Shown: positions 27,497 through 39,338, numbered from the stretch's first letter. The stretch: 64,000 bases of DNA from Octopus vulgaris (GCA_951406725.2 OX597815.1:193192001-193256000); one strand, 5' to 3'. Numbers and translations: made by a program. The notes: a model not told the origin generated them from the letters alone.

Positions 27497-27515
27497 CATA
27501 TGTGTACCTATTCAT
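26815..27515 (-). mobile_element. Non-coding microsatellite-rich repeat with hammerhead (copy 2, inverted)
   Basis: Reverse complement of 23280-23925 with an extra ~30-bp segment near 26960-26990. Confidence 0.75.
26830..26880 (-). ncRNA. Type I hammerhead ribozyme
   Basis: Identical to 23856-23906 except CTGAAGA, a change at the free N7 position. Confidence 0.8.
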
Positions 27516-27549
27516 ACACATATATGTATGTATACACACACATATATAT

Positions 27550-27603
<54 letters not shown>

Positions 27604-27664
27604 AAAAAATGAAGTTCGAAAATGCTGCTGTATTATACAATTTTTAATTTTTATATATATACAT

Positions 27665-27706
27665 TATAACATGTTTCAGTTCCTGAAATGAACTTTATCA
27701 AAAAAA
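27665..27706 (-). ncRNA. Minimal hammerhead-like motif (U3-A8 variant)
   Basis: TTGATAA-AGTTC atttcag GAACT-GAAA-CATG-TT. Palindromic AACATGTT stem III, weak stem I. Confidence 0.5.
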
Positions 27707-28082
27707 GTTATATATAAAAAGAGACAGCTCATGCCGTCAAACACAAGAAATTCATTTATAATACACAACGGAGTCAGACATCTTAGAGTTCATGTATAGT
27801 TGATATATAGTTCATGTATAGTTGATATATAGTTTGAAGTATATGTTCAAAGTGTTCGATGCAGTGGCCCACGGTGGCGATACGTATTCAATACAAAAAA
27901 CAGATCAAAGTGGTGGAAAGCGGTCAATACAGAAGATTGATGTTTCCGAAAGAGCGAGGAATTCATTTTTACCTTAAGCAAATGTGGTGACCCATGGTGG
28001 ATGTTTGTTGGGTGGTTCTAATGAGTTTTTGTGAAGTGCTCGGTTTTATAATGCCTGTTAGGTGGTCAATTCAGCGTAGCGT

Positions 28083-28505
28083 GACGTCATCAACGTTTTG
28101 ACCAATCGTTTCGTTAAGTGGCTTTAGTCAAGTAGAATGGGTCGTCATCATTATTTTGACCAATCGCTGCATTATAACTGCCTCTTGTTTGTTTTCCTGT
28201 TTTCCTGTTTTGACCAGTCGCTTCGTTAGTCAAGTAGAACGGGACGTCATCATTATTTTGACCAATCGCTGCATTATAACTGCCTCTTGTCCTGACCAGT
28301 CGCTTCGTTAGTCAAGCAGAACGGGACGTCATGCAGATTCTGCCCAATCACGACTTATAGCTACATTAGATCTGCCCCCTGTCTGTACTTGTTAGGTGAC
28401 TATTCAAGCAGAAAAGGACGTCATCAATATTCTGACTAATGACTGTCCCCTGTTTGTATCCTGTCCATTCTAGCTGAGCTAGACGTCATCAACTTGTTGA
28501 CCAAT
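28083..28505 (+). promoter_or_regulatory. Six-unit CRE-like/CCAAT composite array
   Basis: GACGTCA-N12-CCAAT at 28083, 28141 (GTCGTCA), 28243, 28325, 28417 (CTAAT) and 28482. Confidence 0.6.
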
Positions 28506-28575
28506 CAGAATCGGGTCTGACCCTTAGCTGTATCGTATGTATCAGGGTCAGATTTGCACGAAAGAATATATATAT

Positions 28576-28837
28576 ATCGTGAAGGATATTTGCCACTTAA
28601 ATGTGGCTAACCCTTAAGGATGGATGCTACTCCAGCTGGCTATTGACACACTTTCTGTGCCGTATTGTATTTGCAAAGGGAAGCCATCCTTCCCATCTTC
28701 AATCTGGCATGATACACACGGACTCGAGTTTCTAGGTATTGACCCGTCATCAGCGTGTGTCCTCCTGGAGCTACAAGCTACAGTAGCATCCACCCTTAAG
28801 GGTTTGCTACAATTAGTTGGCAAATATACTTCACGAT
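28576..28837. mobile_element. MITE/foldback-like element
   Basis: ~56-bp imperfect terminal inverted repeats at 28576-28631 / 28782-28837. No ORF. Confidence 0.65.
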
Positions 28838-28884
28838 GTCGTGCAGCTACCTGTTAATACCTAGCTCAGATATTTATTATATAT

Positions 28885-29217
28885 TCTTTCTTTTATTCTT
28901 TTATTTGTTTCAGTCATTTGACTGCGGCCATGCTGGAGCACCGCCTTTAGTCGAGCAAATCGACCCCAAGACTTATTCTTTGTAAGCCTAGTACTTATTC
29001 TATCGGTCTCTCTTGCTAAACCACTAAGTTACGGGGATGTAAACACACCAGCATTGGTTATCAGGCAATGCTGGGGAAACAAGCACAGACACACAAACAT
29101 ATACATACACATATATATACAACGGGCTTCTTTCAGTTTCCGCCTACCAAAATTCACTCACAAGGCTTTGGTCAGCCCGAGACTATAGTAGAAGATACCT
29201 GCCCAGGGTGCCATGCA
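28885..29217 (-). mobile_element. SINE family B (5'-truncated)
   Basis: Matches 5262-5650. Confidence 0.85.
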
Positions 29218-29221
29218 GTTA

Positions 29222-29299
29222 TATTCTGAGTTCAAACTCCGCCGAGGCTGACCTCGCCCCTCATCCTTCCGGGGTTGATAAATCAAGTACCAGTTACGC
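29222..29299 (+). mobile_element. SINE family A fragment
   Basis: GAGTTCAAACTCCGCCGAGG...TCATCCTTCCGGGGTTGATAAATCAAGTACC. Confidence 0.7.
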
Positions 29300-29437
29300 A
29301 TATATATATATATTGCAACATGTAAAATGCACGGTACATGTAGATATGTTTCTTAGCAAGCTGAAACTCACTATGAGTGTCGCTGTTAGACGGAAAGACT
29401 ATGGATGCCCATCGTAATTATATATCTATAAATATAT

Positions 29438-29560
29438 AATTGCTAAAGAGGATAACAAACGTTAAGGCAAGACAAACATCTCAAGTCATATACGTTATTA
29501 TTATTGGAATGACTTGAGACGTTTTGCTTGCCTTAACGTTTGTTGTCCTCTTTAACAATT
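29438..29560. repeat. ~52-bp-arm inverted repeat (hairpin)
   Basis: Arms 29438-29489 / 29509-29560 with a 19-nt loop. Confidence 0.8.
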
Positions 29561-29749
29561 TTATATCTACTTTATCAGAAATCTACAATTGTTCCATAAC
29601 TCCCCTCTCGGCTTTGATCTTAGAGCCCTGGTAATCTGTTACAGCACTTATCCAGCGTAACTATTCTTTTAGATCACTTATGAACTAAACTCCCATATTA
29701 TGTATGCACACACATATATAAATGTTTATTTATCTATGTATGTATATAT

Positions 29750-29813
<64 letters not shown>

Positions 29814-29816
29814 GTG

Positions 29817-29847
<31 letters not shown>

Positions 29848-29849
29848 GC

Positions 29850-29908
<59 letters not shown>

Positions 29909-29954
29909 TGTGTATATAAAAATATACTCATACATATGTTAAATATATACTTTC

Positions 29955-30382
29955 ATACATTGATAGGTTTCGGCAAGTTTTGTCCCATGCCATGTCTCAA
30001 TAGCACCACCTGGCAAAATCATTCAAATCAGAAATCGGACAACATGGCCCACTCTAGGAGAGAGATATTGTTTACGGAAACATATCCGAGTTTAGGAGTT
30101 TTATCCGGGATTTTTTGAAGGAATTTGTCCAAAGACTTCTTGAACTTTATGGGGCTTAATGTGTTTTGGTTTAATGTTAAAGATAGCGGGTCATTTGAAG
30201 TGAAATAATTGTGCCGTATTGTTATGTGATACGAGTATGATTTATGTTGTGGGCAGATAGTACGGAGCCCAAGACTTGGGTGTATCTTAAAGGCGATGCT
30301 AATACCATTTGGGCAATGTTGATGGAATATTTTCCACATCATGCAGATGATGTAGCGCTCACGGTGGTGTTGGAGAGAATAT
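29955..30382 (-). mobile_element. CR1-clade LINE 3' fragment
   Basis: SLQ..RERYII..MWKI and FKKSLDKFL..IPD.P...GY, typical CR1 ORF2 C-terminus. Confidence 0.7.
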
Positions 30383-30399
30383 GGTACTAGAACATCGAG

Positions 30400-30627
30400 C
30401 AGCGAGCTGGCAGAAACGTTAGCATGCCGGGCGAAATGCTTAGCGGTATTTCGTCTGCGTTACGTTGTGAGTTCAAATTCCGCCGAGGTTGACTTTGCCT
30501 TTCATCCTTTCGGAGTCGATAAATTAAGTACCAGTTACGCACTGGGGTCGATGTAATCGACTTAATACCTATGGCTGTCCTTGTTTATCCTCTCTGTGTT
30601 TAACCCCTTGTGGGTAATAAAGAAATA
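30400..30627 (+). mobile_element. tRNA-SINE family A
   Basis: TSD GGTACTAGAACATCGAG at 30383 and 30628. Confidence 0.9.
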
Positions 30628-31485
30628 GGTACTAGAACATCGAGAAATTATTCGCAAAGAACAGTGAGAGGTAAGTTTTAGTTTGATTTTTTGCAACCCT
30701 AATGATTCCGCTCGCGCATTCACAGCAAACAACGCACAGGATCAGACTTCAGACCGCGTAGGTGTATTTTTTACACACTCCGATGTTTACACACGGTCAA
30801 TATACTCACTATGAGTAGTGCAACGGACTCCTGTAATTTGAAAATTAGTGTCAACCAAACGGAAAACATCGTCTACGAAGAGGTTAGGAAATCGTATTGA
30901 TACTTTCGAAAGGAATAAGATTCATAATTCAAATAAAGAAATAAGTGAACTTTGAATGTATAAGAGTATAAACAAACGTAAAATAGTGTAAACAACTAAA
31001 ATAAAAGTATATCTAAATAAAATTTTTCCTGATACTTTTTATGTAGTGGTCTTTGGAATCTGTGGCTTTTGGTAGGCTTGGTCCAGCTAAACTTTCATGA
31101 TACAGTGACTGGGAGTCTATTTCAGTTCTGGGGTGAATCGTCATCACATGTCACTTAGTCGCAAACACATGTCATATAACTGCAAGAGAATGCTTTACCA
31201 CCAACAATATTGTGATTTCTCTAAGACATCGCCCAGTAATCTATCAAAGCTGTTTAAACATTTCTCATACTGCTGTTATGACTCGCATTCTGAAATAAAC
31301 TGAATATTGTCATACATGACTACATACATACAAACAAAAATACCCTGTTGTTTATTTTGAAATTCCAGTGAAGGAGCCTTGATTCCAGGTTAGAAACCGG
31401 TTCTTTCTCTATTGGGGAGAAATCTTGAAATAAACGGCATGATGGCATGCAGACATAGTTACATAAACACACATATATATATATA

Positions 31486-31851
31486 CTAGCAGTATCGCCC
31501 GGCGTTGCTCAGGTTTGTAAGGGAAATAACTATAAAGCATTTTTAGAGAGTTATAGCCAAAAAATGGAAAAAAATGATGGTAAATTTCTTTTGAGAGTAA
31601 AAAAAGGTGGAGTTGCGTCCCCTAGACGGTTTGTGTTTCTGATTCTCGACCCCATGTCGAATTTATCGATTTTTTTCAGAACTGGGGGAACTTTTCAAAA
31701 TTTTCGCTGCGTTAGTTTTGAATTATGACATTGGGCTATGTGTGTGTCAAGTTTCATCAGAATCGGTTGAAAGCCGTGGTCAGGGTGAGGGTACAAGCAA
31801 ACAGACACACAGAAACACGCACAGACAAACTGCCGTTTATATATAGAGAGA
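31486..31851 (-). mobile_element. Non-autonomous Helitron
   Basis: Minus strand begins TC and ends with a GC-rich imperfect hairpin plus CTAG, inserted between A and T. Confidence 0.65.
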
Positions 31852-32231
31852 TGAACATGCATAAATTTACACTTATTCAAATAATAATTTGAGCACTTGG
31901 TTTTGTAAGAAAACGCCTAACTATTTGTCTGAATAAGCTTGGATTTTCACAATAAGAAATCAACCAACTGATTCTCTCATTACAAATACACTCTGTAAGC
32001 GAAACAATAAAACCATGTAAGACTTTTCCCGGATTTGAAATGCGACATTATTTTCGTAATCTACATTCCAAAGATGGGGTTTTGTATCTTTGTTAGAAAC
32101 CAGCTTCTTCAGCGGAAGAATTTGAATGATTAAAAACAGGAGGTTCATTCATACATACATACATACATACATACACACATACATACATACATACATACAT
32201 ACATACATACATACATACATACATACATACA

Positions 32232-33120
32232 TTTGTTTTATGGCTGCCCCCTCGTTATCGAGTATGGCCATTGCACGAAGCTTAACTGTTACTGGTGTTG
32301 TGATCGAAAGTGACTTTTAGCCCAGCTAAAGATCTACAATGTCTTGTACAAAATTGGCAACTAATACCTTTACTGGTAATAGCCGGCTGTAGTTGTAACT
32401 GGGCTTCATGTACCTTTGCATGTCGTTTAAGTCCTCCTACCGAATTACACTCTCTTCCACATACCTGACAGATATGATTAGTATGGTGTGTAACACCACC
32501 ACCAGTGGCCAGGTTGTCACTCATCTGTCTCGTTTTATGACTACGAAGATGACTCATGAGTCCAGCTTTACTGAGGCAGGGTCTTGCACAGACATTGCAT
32601 GTCAGAATCAAAGGAAGACCCTTCCCTTCTGGAGGTGTAACAGCGATGCCCTTCCTGACATCCCTCCTTACTTTCTCATGTGCAACTCGAGATTTCTCAA
32701 AAGTGGCTGTCCCCTCATGCACAATCCTTCTCCACCTGCTACGATCAATAGCTATGCCTTCCCATGTGTCAGGAGAGATGCAAGCATCTCTTAAGGAAGC
32801 CTTCAGCAAGTCCTTATACCTCTTTTTTGGTTTATGTGGAGGTCGTTCTCCTTTAGCTAACTCTCCATAAATGTGTGCTCCCTTCTCTTCTCTATGCCTG
32901 CGAGACGTGGGTCACATATCGATACCACCTTAAACAACTGGAACGTTTCCATCAGATATGCCTCAGACGGAACTCTGGCATTAAGTGGAAGGACCGCATC
33001 AGTGATCTTGAAATATTGGAAGGCTCTCGGTGTGAAAGTATAGAAGCTCTTGTGTTCAAGCAAAGGCTCAGATGGAGTGGTCATCTGGTCAGAATGAAGG
33101 ATTCAAGGATGCCAAAACAA
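32232..33120 (-). mobile_element. RTE-clade LINE 3' end with 5' inversion and C2H2 fingers
   Basis: Minus 32232-32868: YGEL..G.RP...KKRYKD.LK..L, WE.IA.DRSRWR, three C2H2-like motifs. Plus 32870-33120: LLYACETW...QRLRWSGHLVRM. (CATA)n on both sides. Confidence 0.85.
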
Positions 33121-34182
33121 CATACATACATACGTACGTACGTACATATATACATACATACATACATATATACATACATACATACATACATACATACATA
33201 CATACATACATACATACATACATACATACATACATACAAAGATACATGATGGTAGCCGTCCACTCGTGATCGAGGAAGACCATTGCTAACTTTTAGAAAC
33301 ATTCTGCGCTCTGGGACTAACTTATACTGGGACTAACTTGATGTAGAATACGGGCTTTTTCAGAGGTGTCGACCCCTCTTTAAGCTGTTTCATCCATCTG
33401 TGGCGATTACAGGCATTGCTCTCACAGTCGGCCGCCTGCATATCACAGGCCTTTAATGAGGACTTGACAGTCCTTAAATCTCACGCGTGGTTTCTGCCGG
33501 CGTCTCTTTCCATTAACAAGTTACCCATATAGCATTTGTTTAGGGATCCTGCTATCCTTCATTCTATCGCCTTAATACTCAAGATATCAGCTTTCTTCAG
33601 GACCTGCATGTCTGGAGATTTTAAGTTCCAGCCAACATTCAGAATGTGTCTCAGACATCTATGATGAAAACGTTCAAGGACTTTTACACGACGCTTTTAA
33701 AGGGTCCATGTCTCACATGAGTAAAGGAGCAATGTCGGTATACATGCACGGTACACAGCAATTTTTGTTTGCCTTGTGATGCCAAACTGGGGCCAGACAC
33801 GAGACTCAAGCGACCGGAAGGAATCAGTTGCTCTCTGCAGCTCTGAAAGATATTTTATCATCCAAGCAGCAAGATCGATTGAGTGTGAAGCTCAGGTAGA
33901 CAAATTTGTTTACCACTTTCAATATTGTTCCTTCAACCAAGGTAGCTGGTTCCACATATGGATTCCATGGTGCATGCTAGAACGTTACAACAGTCTTGTC
34001 CAAATGCCTTTCAAAAAGCAGAAATACGATTCATAAGTATTTGCATGTCATCCACTCTATGAGGGATTAAGTCAAAGTTATCTGCATAAAGGGGATTACG
34101 AATAAGAGAGTGGAAAACCTTTGAATTGACAGCAAATCGGTGCAGATTAAAGAGGCAGCCAGAAGATCGATACCTGACATAT

Positions 34183-37100
34183 GTTAGTTAGTTAGTTAGT
34201 TAGTTAATTTTGGCTCAAAAAGCGAAAAAGCAAGGCCATGTAGGGGGAGATGGAGTTATGTACAGGGTGGTGTTCATGTAAAGAGTTCAGGCTACTTGTG
34301 GTCAAGGGACACTTTGAACCGAGCGGTAGTCGGCATCTTCACCATCTCGTCCGGCAACTTATTCCACGGATCCGCAACCTGGACGGAGAAAGCCCCTCTC
34401 CTTCGATTGAGAGGAAATCGTCGCAGATAGAGCTTTTCGGAATGACCCCGCAGCCTATGCTCTGGAGCAGGAGTGAAGAACAGCTCCTTCGAGAGGTTAC
34501 ACTTTCCGCTTATAATGTTGTGAGCAAGAATGAGATCACCACGGCGTCGTCATTTTTCTAGAGAATAAAGGTCGAGCGTCTTCAGCCTTTCTTCATACGA
34601 CAAATTCTTGAGACCAAGAACCATGCGGGTATCCAGCTTCTGGACTCTTTGGAGATGCTGTATGTCTTTGAGGAGATAAGGAGAAGAGGCTTGAATCCCG
34701 TACTCCAATATGGGTCTCACCAGCGTGACATAGAGCGGTAGGAATATGGCTGCTGTGAGCATTCCGAATGAAAGTCGAATCAAGAACAGAACTCCGCGTG
34801 CTTTGTTGGCAGCATGGACGCACTGAGTCGAAGACGAAAAGGAGGAATCCACCAAGATACCCAGGTCCTTTACCTGATCGGTCCTCTCCAGCAGCAGACG
34901 ACCCGGCTCGAAATCAAGTTGAGTTGCTGGAGGAGAGCCAACAGGCAGATGACAGCACTTTGACACGTTCAGACACAGGTCCCATTCGTTAGACCATCTC
35001 CAAATTTGGTGGAGGCATCGACGAAGATCCTCTATATCACCGCGAGGAGCGACCAGTTTGACATCGTCGGCAAATAGAAGGGTGTGTTGCGTGAGGTCGT
35101 CGGGCAAGTCAATTATGAAGACTAAGAACAATAAGAGCCCAAGCACTGAACCTTGAAGCACGCCACTGCTCGCACTGGAGACGTCGGACCGCGAACCATT
35201 AACTTGGACTTGGAAGGAGCGATCTGAGAGGAAGGCACCAACCCATCGTACAATATCCGGATGGAAACTATATGCTTGAAGCTTGACAAGTAATAGGCGG
35301 TGGTTTACCGAGTCAAAAGCTTTGGCAAAGTCCAATAAAACGATGTCAACAGCATCACTATCATCGAGGATGCGCGTCACCAATTCTTCCATTACCAGTA
35401 AGTTGGTCAAGCATGATCTCTTCGGCACGAAGCCGTGTTGGGAATCAGAGATAGGGGCTGTGTTTTGGAGGTGGAGCATCATACTTTTCTTAAGGATGGT
35501 TTCGAACATCTTGCTGATTATTGATGTAAGGGAAACCGGTCGGTAGTTAAGCGGGTCTTCGCAGCTCCCTTTCTTGAATATTGAACAGATTATCGCTGTT
35601 CTCCAGTCCGCAGGTATAACACCCGTCGCCAATGATATATTGAATAGACGTGTTAAGGGCTCGCAGATGACCGGAGCCAACGCTTTGATAACCCGTGGGT
35701 GTATGCCGTCAGGGCCGTGACCCTTGTTGACATCGAGGCCTTGAATAACGCGTTCGACTTCGTCCCGCGTGATGACCAATCGAAGCATTGGAGGTACCGA
35801 TCTATCAAATGGAGGTGGTTCACGACCATCATCTTGTTTGAAAATAGTTGAAAAAGCCTCGGCAAATAATTGACTCTGTTGATAAGGGTCCTCAATCGAT
35901 ACGCCTGTTGAATCTACCAACGTTGTAATTTGGTTGTTCAAGCGGGAATTCCGCCGGACATGGGCAAAGAAGGTTTTTGGATTGCTACTGGTGCTTGCCG
36001 CGATTCTGTATTCATATCTGAAGCGTTCTTCATTTTTAATTTTCACGGCTCGGTCTCATTGAGTTTTGAACACCTCAAAAGCTGCAGTCGAATCCAGATT
36101 TTTGAATTCAGCCCAAGCAATATCTCTGGGTCGAAGTTCTCGTTTAACCTTCTTCGTCACCCAGGGCTTGTGTTTCTTCTTCTTGGGAAGTCCAATGGGA
36201 ACTGCTTGGTCAACCAGATTACATATGCTTTGAGGGACGACCATAGTTCGTCAACTGAGGACAACGTCATCAGGGATCGCCAGTCCAGAAGCGCGGAAGC
36301 CTCGGTTAGAATTTCAAGATTAATTGCAGAGAAGACTCTACGTGGCAGCGAAGTAGTTGTGGGCGTAGAAAAAGTTGTGTGCATGACGAACTTCAGGACC
36401 GCATGATCACTCTTGGCAAGAGGGGCGCACACATATACGTCTGACACTGATCTTAGATAGGGGGAAAATACCAGATCCAGCATAGATGGCTGCTGCCCAG
36501 ACCGATGCCTTGTCGGATATTCGACATGTTGCAATAGAAAACAATCTTCAGCCACGTCAAGAAGGGCCTGGCCGAACCGGGAAGATGATGTACAAATTGA
36601 TGCGGGCCGATCGATCGTGGGAGCGTTGAAGTCTCCTAATATCAAACAGTCATGAGAAGCTGAAACGAATCTTATCGCTTCGAGTAAATGAGCATCGTCT
36701 TGGGGGTCGGCAAGAGGCGACCTGTAGACAGCTAACACGGGCAGGCAAAACCCGGATAGGCTCAGCTTGCAATAGACGGCATCGAATTTTGTTGTAGGTT
36801 GAGCATTAGTGGGTAGAATACCGCTAGACGGTTTGAGATCAGATTTAACATATACAGCAACACCTCCACCTCGCCTTTTTTCTCTGTCACATCTGAAGAG
36901 GGCGTAGCCCTGTTGGTGGATTTCCGAGTCCTTTACTGTTGGAGTTAGCCAAGTCTCGGTGATCGCTATCACATCAGGGGAATCACGCATGGCCAGTGTA
37001 AATAGTTCGCTGAACTTTGCAAATAAGGAGCACGAGTTGGTATAGACGATGCAGAGCTGTGAAGTTTGAGGGGCGGGAATTGGGGAACAAGCAGAATAAG

Positions 37101-37200
37101 GGGTATCAGAGATAACATCGTTGACGGGGGTATCTACTTTACTTCGATTCGCCCTCGATTCACTTTCCCTGTCAGCACTACAGCATGCGACCAGAGGTAG
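34183..37200 (-). mobile_element. CR1-clade LINE ORF2 (APE + RT), few disruptions
   Basis: APE 36157-36990 (IAITETW, GGGVA.Y, GDFN, SDH). RT 34550-36046 (NYRPVSLTS, QHGF, LDFAKAFD, QGSVLG, FADD). (TAAC)n tail at 34183-34207. Confidence 0.92.
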
Positions 37201-37989
37201 GACTTGATTATTTGTCCATCTTGGATGCCTAAACCCTTCTCTCCCATCTGTTTTCTCATCTTCTATAATCCAAGAGAGATAACCTTAGCAAAAGCATTAG
37301 TAATAAGAGCAGCAGATTATAAAGAAAAGAGAGTTGGAGCGAAGATGTCACTCTGTTTGACAGCATTCTCTAAAGGAATGGGGCCCACCATGCCACCACC
37401 AACATTGACCCAAGCCTCCAACCCACCATCAAATGATTTAATTCTAGATACAAAGTGATCCGGACATCCAAGTTTGCCAAGTATTTCCCATTACAAGGCC
37501 CTATTCACAGTATTAAAGTCCTTCGTTAAATCAATGAATACCTGGACCAGATCCATATTCTGCTCAGAGCACTTCTCCTGCATCTGTCTTGTTATGGAAA
37601 TCGTATCCATTATCCTTCTGCCAGATCGGAAGCCACATTGACATTCAGATAGGACTTCATTTACGAGACACCCATTTAGGCAGGCAAGAAGAATATTTGC
37701 CAGAACCTTACCAGCAGCTGTTAGTAGGATAATACCTCTGTAGTTACTACACATTATTCCAGCTCCTTTCCTTATATAGAGAGGAAGAATAACTGCATCC
37801 TTCCAGTCTTTAGGCATTGCACCATCCCTCAAGACTACACTAATAATTTCACGAAGAGATTGTATGATGTAATCATCACCAAATCGCAAGACCTCAGCAC
37901 AGATTCCATCCTTTCAAGGTGCCCTACCAAGATTCAATTTATTGCTGCCATTACCTCATCTATTGAGGGCGTGGAATTTAAGGAGCCAA

Positions 37990-38220
37990 GGCGGCGAGCT
38001 GGGAGAAACGTTAGCACGCCGGGCGAAATGCTTAGCGGTATTTCGTCTGCCACTACGTTCTGAGTTCAAATTCCGCCGACGTCGACTTTGTCTTTCATCC
38101 TTTCGGGGTCGATTAAATAAGTACCAGTTACGCACTGGGGTCGATGTAATCGACTTAATCCTTTTGTGTGTTCTTGTTTGTCCTCTCTGTGTTTAGCTCC
38201 TTGTGGGCAGTAAAGAAATA
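37990..38220 (+). mobile_element. tRNA-SINE family A
   Basis: 17-bp TSD GGAATTTAAGGAGCCAA at 37973 and 38221. Confidence 0.92.
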
Positions 38221-39338
38221 GGAATTTAAGGAGCCAATGATAGGTCTTTGTTACATAGTATCAATCAATGTTTCATCTACAACTGACTCATGGTTGAGGA
38301 ATTCAGAGAAGTGTTCAATCCAGCGACCTGTGATCTCTGTTGATTTAATAAATAGAGAGGAAGACTTTTTGGGAAGGATCGGATACAGTACTCGTCGACC
38401 CATAAACTTGCTTCATAAGATGGTAAAGCTCCTTGCTGTCATATGCATCAGCAGCAGCCTGAACATCACGAGCAAGATCCTCCTACCAAGTGTTCCGCAT
38501 CTTTCCGAGTGATCGATGCAGTAGTGATTTAACACTGCTATTGTGGGCAAGTGCTAGATTTTGCTGCACAGCTGAAAGTCCTTTGTGGAGCAATATATTG
38601 TGGGCATGATGCTTTACAACCAATAGTCTCTGCACTTCAGCATCATTTTCATCAAACCAGTCTCTGTGTCTGACAGTAGCATATCCCAGTGTTTCAGCAG
38701 CTTATTGAAGAACCTGGGCTCGAAAATCTTCCCATACTGTAGTATTATTTTCAATGCTACACATGCGAGTCTCAAGCACTTTCCTTAACACAGTATCATA
38801 TATCTTGTGGACATTCAAACACCGAGGATTGCCAACGGGACCCCCTTCTCTCTTTCACTCTAATTATGTCATAGATGTGACGCTTGCAGATAATCTTAGA
38901 TCTTCGATGTATCCACATTGATGTGTGATTATCCTTGTGCATAATATAAGTGCTTGTGATCTAATGTCCATGTTCATCGCAAAACTTCAGCAGCATGTGA
39001 CCATCGGAATCTATAATCAAGTCATGTTAAATATAATTAGCTTTTTCCTTCCCTACCTGATAATTCCATCATAAAACGGAGAAATTAGTTCAAGATTTCT
39101 TACGAGCCTAAAACGAATGTAATTTCCAAAAGTAGTTATTTGCACTCAGTTTTCTTAACCGGACTATTGACATGCATAACAAAAGCAAAAGGAGCGTCAA
39201 TTTTGAATATATAGCTGTTGTTTACGTGTAGGCTATTCTTGAACTGCTATATGCTGCATGGTAAGTATTTCATAAAGAACAATCTCACGCTCTCTTAAGT
39301 AACTTTTTCACTTTAGTTACGTATCCTGTCAAGTTGCT

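Larger units (their letters stand above)
33247..38990 (-). mobile_element. Degenerate RTE-clade LINE interrupted by a CR1 and a SINE
   Basis: NYRGI.LL..AGK, QCGFRSGR, VFIDLTK.F..V.R at 37491-37889. LLYS.ETW-type region near 33700. (TATG)n tail. Confidence 0.8.

Noticed and set aside
28083-28505. Repeat-spacer-like pattern as CRISPR
   Set aside because: The conserved parts are short TF-like motifs, the intervening parts are mutually homologous, and unit length is irregular.
32282-32809. Host C2H2 zinc-finger gene
   Set aside because: The fingers are in frame with an RTE RT C-terminus and are followed by the element's tail.
34183-34207. (TTAG)n as a telomeric repeat
   Set aside because: It is a short tetramer tract at the 3' end of the CR1 element, i.e. 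its tail, and is not TTAGGG.
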